From: Desulfobacterales bacterium | GTDB lineage: Bacteria > Desulfobacterota > Desulfobacteria > Desulfobacterales > UBA2174 | Direction: 5' to 3' | Assembly: GCA_963668645.2 (NCBI GenBank) | Contig: CAXXWC010000010.1 | Location: 32,001-96,000 of the forward strand | Length of the DNA stretch: 64,000 nt | Shown: positions 63,192-64,000 of the stretch, piece after piece | Numbering within the stretch: the stretch's first letter is position 1 | Layout: each line of letters starts with the position of its first letter | Notes under the pieces: model-generated | Told to the model about the DNA's origin: nothing | Seen by the model: only the letters and a program-made list of their open reading frames with translations | Database searches by the model: none | Made by a program: the position numbers and the translations under genes

Positions 63192-64000
63192 ATGAACTTG
63201 AACGCAACGCGCATCGACACCCGCCTGATCCACGCCGGCGAGCCGCGGCCGCCCATCTGCGGCGCGGTGAGCCTGCCGATCTTTCAAAGCGCCACCTTCG
63301 CCTTCGGCGGCGGCTGCGCCGAAGAGGAGATGCGCTATATCCGCCTGAACAACACCCCCAACCACCGTGCCCTGAACGCCAAGCTGGCCGCCCTGGAAAA
63401 CGCCGAGGCGGCGCTGGTGACCGCCAGCGGGATGGGGGCCATCTGCACCGTGCTGATGGCCCTGCTCGCACCGGGAGACCACCTGCTGGTCCAGGACGGG
63501 CTTTACGGCGGCACCCACGCATTGGTCCACCAGGACCTCAAACGCCTCGGGGTGGCCGTCGACGTGGTGCCCGACGCGGACCCCCAGGCCTGGGCCCGCT
63601 GCGTGCGGCCCACCACGCGGGCTTTCTACGTGGAAGCCATCACCAACCCCCTGATGCAGGTGGCCGACCTGGCCGCAGTACCCGCCTTTTGCCGGGAGCA
63701 CGGCATCGTTTCGATCATCGACAACACCTTTACCAGCCCGGTGAATTTCCGCCCGGCCGAATGGGGCTTCGATCTGTCGTTGCACAGCGCCACCAAGTAC
63801 CTCAACGGCCACTCGGACATCGTCGCCGGAGCCGTCATCGGCCGCACCGATCTGGTGGATCGGGTCCTGGGCATGCTCAACCATATGGGCGCCTCCCTCG
63901 ACCCCCATGCCTGTTTTCTGCTCCATCGCGGCCTCAAGACCCTAGCCCTGCGTGTGCGCCAGCAGAATGCCGGGGCCCTAGCCGTGGCCCGCTTTTTGAA
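63192..64000 (+). CDS. Cys/Met metabolism PLP-dependent enzyme (cystathionine gamma-synthase/lyase family), runs off the window
   Basis: MNLNATRIDTRLIHAGE...PIFQSATF...SGMGA...DNTF...HSATKYLNGHSD. Absent from the ORF track because it has no stop in the window. Confidence 0.93.
   Translation, partial: MNLNATRIDTRLIHAGEPRPPICGAVSLPIFQSATFAFGGGCAEEEMRYIRLNNTPNHRALNAKLAALENAEAALVTASGMGAICTVLMALLAPGDHLLVQDGLYGGTHALVHQDLKRLGVAVDVVPDADPQAWARCVRPTTRAFYVEAITNPLMQVADLAAVPAFCREHGIVSIIDNTFTSPVNFRPAEWGFDLSLHSATKYLNGHSDIVAGAVIGRTDLVDRVLGMLNHMGASLDPHACFLLHRGLKTLALRVRQQNAGALAVARFL

Overview
The window is bacterial, and its gene content suggests a Desulfobacterota-like organism (inference). It has three parts. 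(1) 1-3.4 kb is the end of a peptide ABC transporter operon plus an amidohydrolase. (2) 3.4-34 kb is an accessory region. It holds intact IS1634, IS21 and ISKra4-like/DUF4338 elements, an HD/HD-GYP/HEAT cluster, and a duplicated, reciprocally decayed unit of RAYT transposase, selenocysteine peroxiredoxin and AAA ATPase. It also holds an IS110 right end with a long non-coding tail, many deletion scars, and a minus-strand integron-type cassette array (~17.3-29.5 kb, at least 7 good attC-like sites plus one reconstructed, no integrase in the window). (3) 34-64 kb is GC-rich core: recC-recB (no adjacent recD), an MFS transporter, two sigma54 two-component systems, a 2-oxoacid oxidoreductase, a cstA/arsA-like cluster, sucA(frameshifted)-sucB-lpdA, and a PLP-dependent Cys/Met enzyme. 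There are two strongest candidates for undescribed biology. One is a two-gene cassette: a MazG/Zn-ribbon/RlmN-like radical SAM fusion with a partner ending in two transmembrane helices. The other is a family of ~550-bp miniature cassettes that look like non-autonomous derivatives of a tyrosine-recombinase + IS91-like element. All family assignments come from motif recognition by eye; no searches were run.
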